This document shows positions 60,161 through 64,000 of a stretch of 64,000 nt of DNA, in pieces. The DNA comes from Pseudovirgaria hyperparasitica. Lineage: Eukaryota. The DNA lies in assembly GCA_010093815.1 (NCBI GenBank), contig ML996568.1; one strand, given 5' to 3'. Position 1 is the first letter of the stretch; each line of letters begins with the position of its first letter. Under the pieces are notes generated by a model, which worked only from the letters and a program-made list of their open reading frames with translations, made no database searches and had not been told where the DNA came from. The position numbers and the translations under genes are program-made.

Positions 60161-63100
60161 AATCCCCCTCCTACCTACTAGTTAGCCGTGTTATAAGTAG
60201 TCTATATCGATTCCTTATCCTTGACGAAAGAATTTCCGTGCTTATTTATATTATTCTATAAGTTCTATTCTAGCGTGTGTAATGGATATAACCAAGGTGT
60301 TACTACAATAGTAATTAAGATATATTATAATTTAACTTAGAGAGAGTAGGGATAAGCTATATAGTTATAGCTTTAAGTATAGTCTTAAGCGAGGTCACGT
60401 AATACCCCTATACTAGTCTCTATCTATCCCGGCTCTATTATATAATACTAGAGATAAGGTAAAGCCGAAGTCTATAATATACCCTTATTCTCTAGAATCG
60501 TCCTAGGGACCGGCTTAGTATTTTATATAATAATAACCGGCTCGGTTAGATCTTAGGTTTATAATCTTTATATCGTACTATATAATAACTATAGGACTAT
60601 ATATTCCTTCTAGTAAGGTGGTAGCTTTTTATAGTAGTATTCTAGCGGTTACGTAGTAGAGGTAGATTCTTTATACTACGGCGTTATAGGTTATTAGGTC
60701 GCACTATAGTAGTATATTATAGTTATATTCTAGTAGTCACGTAGCGGAGGTAGGTTCCTTATATTATAGCGTTATAGATTATATAATTATAAGGTAGTAG
60801 AATCTTATAGTTATATTATAGCGGTTATATAGCGGAGATAGGCTCCTCGTATTACGGCGTACCGCGTTAGGTTATATAAAGATAGGGTAGCCTACGCACG
60901 AACCACGTGTCCCGTTTTATTATTATCTATTTTAGAACCGGCTACTCTCTAGGCTAGGGGTTATATAGTAGTAGTAGGGTAGCTTACGCACGACCCGCGT
61001 TTATTATTATTATCGTCTATTTTAGAACTAGCTCTACCCCGGTCTATACGATTTTCCCTAATATAAGTATATAGGTTCTATACCTAGCGACTTTCTTCTT
61101 CCTTAACTACCCTTATATCTACTATCTTAATACCGCGTAGTAGCTGTAAGGAGGCGGGCTCCACGTACCAACCAACTACACCAAAAGGACCGAATCTTAA
61201 AGCTACTGCTTCAAGGGTGGAGTACACTACTTATATACAACTACTATATACATGTAGAATTAACTGGCAGGCCACGTGCTCCTTATGTGCCTAATAGTAG
61301 CTACTATAATATTAGTAAACTTATATACTATCTCGCAGCTTCTATACTATTATTATAAGCGCTCTAGGCCTAAATAGTTCTATTATAGAAGCCAGCGCCG
61401 TCTCGGCGGTGGCTATAGATACTAGAGATTAAGACCCTAACGATTATCACGCGCCTAGGCGCTAGAAACTAGCCGATCGTACCGTGAGTAGGTCCTATCT
61501 CTATACCGTTCCTTATACTAACTAGATAGACTATTTCTTCTACCGTACCCTAATAGGCTAAGCCTATTTACTATATAGGGCTATATATTATAGAGGGTAA
61601 CTCGTTAGAAGATAAGTATACCGAGTCTATGTACTTTATATATCGTATATATATAAAGGCCCTAGAGAAAACTAGGGTACTTAGGTATATACCATCTCTA
61701 TACCGTGGCGGCGCCTACTAATCTTAGAGCGTAGCTATAAGCCTAGCCGCGGTACTAACTATATAAAGTACTATATATCGAAGGGGATCTACTTATAGAA
61801 TACTAAGGAGCTTACTATATACCTAGCCTTATATAAGGCGTAGAGTCGTCTTAAAAAGTTTATATATAAGTTAGTTAATAATAACTTTAGCTATATAACG
61901 GACCGTAGTAGTCGCGGCCTAGATCTAATAAAGCCTTTATCTGGTAAGTGGCCGCGTATAAACTCTAAGTTCTACTATCTATATAAGGACTATAAGTCTA
62001 ACTTAGAGATTATCTATATCGCGCGACGTAACGCTAGTATCGTTAGTTAGACTTCTATAATACCTTATTATAGCGCTATAACGTCGTTTAAGCTACTATA
62101 TTACGGTAGTAGTAACCATAGCTAGATTAGTAGCATGATTTACTAGATGAATTAGTACGTATTCTATAATAAGGCCTAGATAGATAAGCTACGCACTAGT
62201 GTCGGCACCTTATAGATATATAAGCTTTATAAGCCTAAATACCTATTCTAACACGTGACGTAGGGTACTATATAGTAAGTCGTGTCCGGGTTAGCCTATC
62301 TAGCGGAGCTACTATCTTACTACCTTATTACTTAGGTAGTTATAGAGAATAAGGAGCCCTTATTAGGTAGTAGCCGCTCGCGCTAACTCTAGCCTATAGG
62401 CCATAGGGAGTCGCCAACTCGGAGCTCTCGCTATCGCCCTATTAGGCCCCCCTAGCTCCCTATTGCCGCCCCTCCTTATAAGTTCTTACTATCTTATTAT
62501 TAGCCCCGGACCCCTCCTTACTACCGTGACCGCTCCTAGTTCTATAAGTATTATAGCCGGTCCTCTACCCGCTATAATTAGTCTCCCCGCCGTTATAACC
62601 GGTTATATAACTATTATAACCGGTCGTACGACTATCGCTATCGCTCGGGTAGCCGTTGGCACCGTTCCCGCGAGAATCATTAAGTATTACACCGCTATTA
62701 GTTGCCGGCCCGTCTCTACTATAACCCTCCCGCGGATAAGTATAACTTACCCTTACTATCTACCTAGATTAATAGCTACTACTATTATTAGAAGACGGTC
62801 TAGGGGAGGACTAGGTAACTAACCTTATATTAGGATTTACGGATAAGAATAGTACTAGCCCTAGTACTATATAAACCTAGGGTAGAGCTAGGTAAATAAC
62901 CTTTTTATATCTTAAGGCGGGTGTTAGTTTATTATTAGGTTATACTAGGTACTAGCGTTTAGTATTTATTTCTTTCTTTCCTAAAATCTCTACTCTTATA
63001 TTAGGTTATTGGGGCTACTATAGACCTATAATAGTAGAGTAATATTACTACTTAGGGATGCGTTAGAGTCGTAGGCCGTTATATAATTAAGCGTCGCCAT

Positions 63101-64000
63101 ATCTAGACTCGAACTAGTCTAGCGCCTTAGTATCTTCTACGTCCTTAAGTAGAATCTATATTAGTTATAACTAACCTTTCTACTTTACGAGTACCTATTA
63201 CTTATTCCACCCCTATATATTTTTTATATATAGGATATCCTTAACCTTATACTCCGCGATATCCTCGTCTACTTTATTAAGCTTAAGCGCCGGGCCTAGG
63301 CGGGTATTAAGCTACTCTTAGCTAGATAGAGGGTCCTCTACGGCGCGCTCGATAAGGCTTATATAGACTATTTTATAAAGGTCTCCGGAGAGGTTAAGGG
63401 TTACTATTAAGAGGGTAGATTAGGCTATAACCCGGTATTTTACCTATAGCTAGTTAAGCTTCTAGCTTAGATAGTTAGTCTTTATATTCCGGAGGGAGAA
63501 CTATACTATATTACTAACCTTAAAACGCTCGGCCGGGTGTCGTAACCGGTTTACCAAGTCTTAGAAGCGCTACTCGACCTAGGTAATAGCCGCTTAAGCT
63601 AAGGTAGTGCCGTCCTAAAGATATTTAAGGAAATTCATAGTCTAACCTTTTACTAAGGTCGTAGAGGCGTTAGAGAGTAGCTACTATAGTAATAGTTCGA
63701 CGTAGTATCCGTTTAGAAGTAAGTTTAGTACTATACTAGTTACTAATAAGATATAGTTATTAAGGGCGAGCTAATATACTAGGAGATATTCCGGCTAGTT
63801 AGTTTACTTAAAAGTTACTATAATACGTAGTACGGCCTATACCTTCTAGTTTATATACTTAGTACCGCTATCCGTCTACGGGTAGTAGGCTATAGAGAGA
63901 TTCTAGTATATATCTATTATAGAGTAGAGGGTTATCTAGAACTATCTAAGCTAGTCTAAGCCCCGGTCCGTAATTATTAACTAGGGGAATCTCTAGAAAC
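59879..64000 (-). mobile_element. Ty3/Gypsy chromoviral LTR retrotransposon, heavily RIP-mutated (continues beyond window)
   Basis: The minus strand shows IITDRG and LS(T)AY(H)P(Q)TD integrase motifs (~63850-63990), V(H)(V)SL, and a chromodomain EY..KDIL..VLVK(W)KG..EDT.ALD.FES (~63100-63260). Bracketed residues are inferred by reversing RIP. The stretch has an extreme TpA excess and CpA/TpG depletion. Confidence 0.9.

Overview
Gene-dense eukaryotic DNA from a filamentous ascomycete (Pezizomycotina). This call rests on short GT-AG introns with CTRAY branch points, an intron-containing tRNA gene and RIP-type TpA-rich transposon relics. About 22 protein genes are supported. From left to right: a PTH11-like membrane protein (3' part), Ap4A phosphorylase, a GNAT, a head-to-head carboxyltransferase / biotin carboxylase-BCCP pair, a GH76 mannanase, a LaeA-like methyltransferase, a small spliced orphan, a GH43, a SET-domain protein, a KpsF/GutQ-like SIS protein, an ABCG half-transporter and a MOSC-less MoCo-sulfurase-like protein. 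These are followed by GPI16, LUC7, an ArfGAP, an Sft1-like SNARE, a secreted M35-like protein, an orphan, hydroxyacid-oxoacid transhydrogenase, a GST and a heme-thiolate peroxidase broken by a RIP-mutated Ty3/Gypsy chromovirus that fills the last 4.1 kb. The window also holds tRNA-Leu(AAG), a tRNA-like Pol III element, two copies of a small TIR element and many microsatellites. The top lead is the divergent two-subunit biotin carboxylase: one subunit ends in a PTS1 (-ARL) and the other carries a PTS2-like motif, suggesting a peroxisomal acyl-CoA carboxylase. Other leads are several enzymes with degenerate catalytic motifs and an apparent antisense extra ORF in the retrotransposon. All calls were made by eye and no database searches were run.
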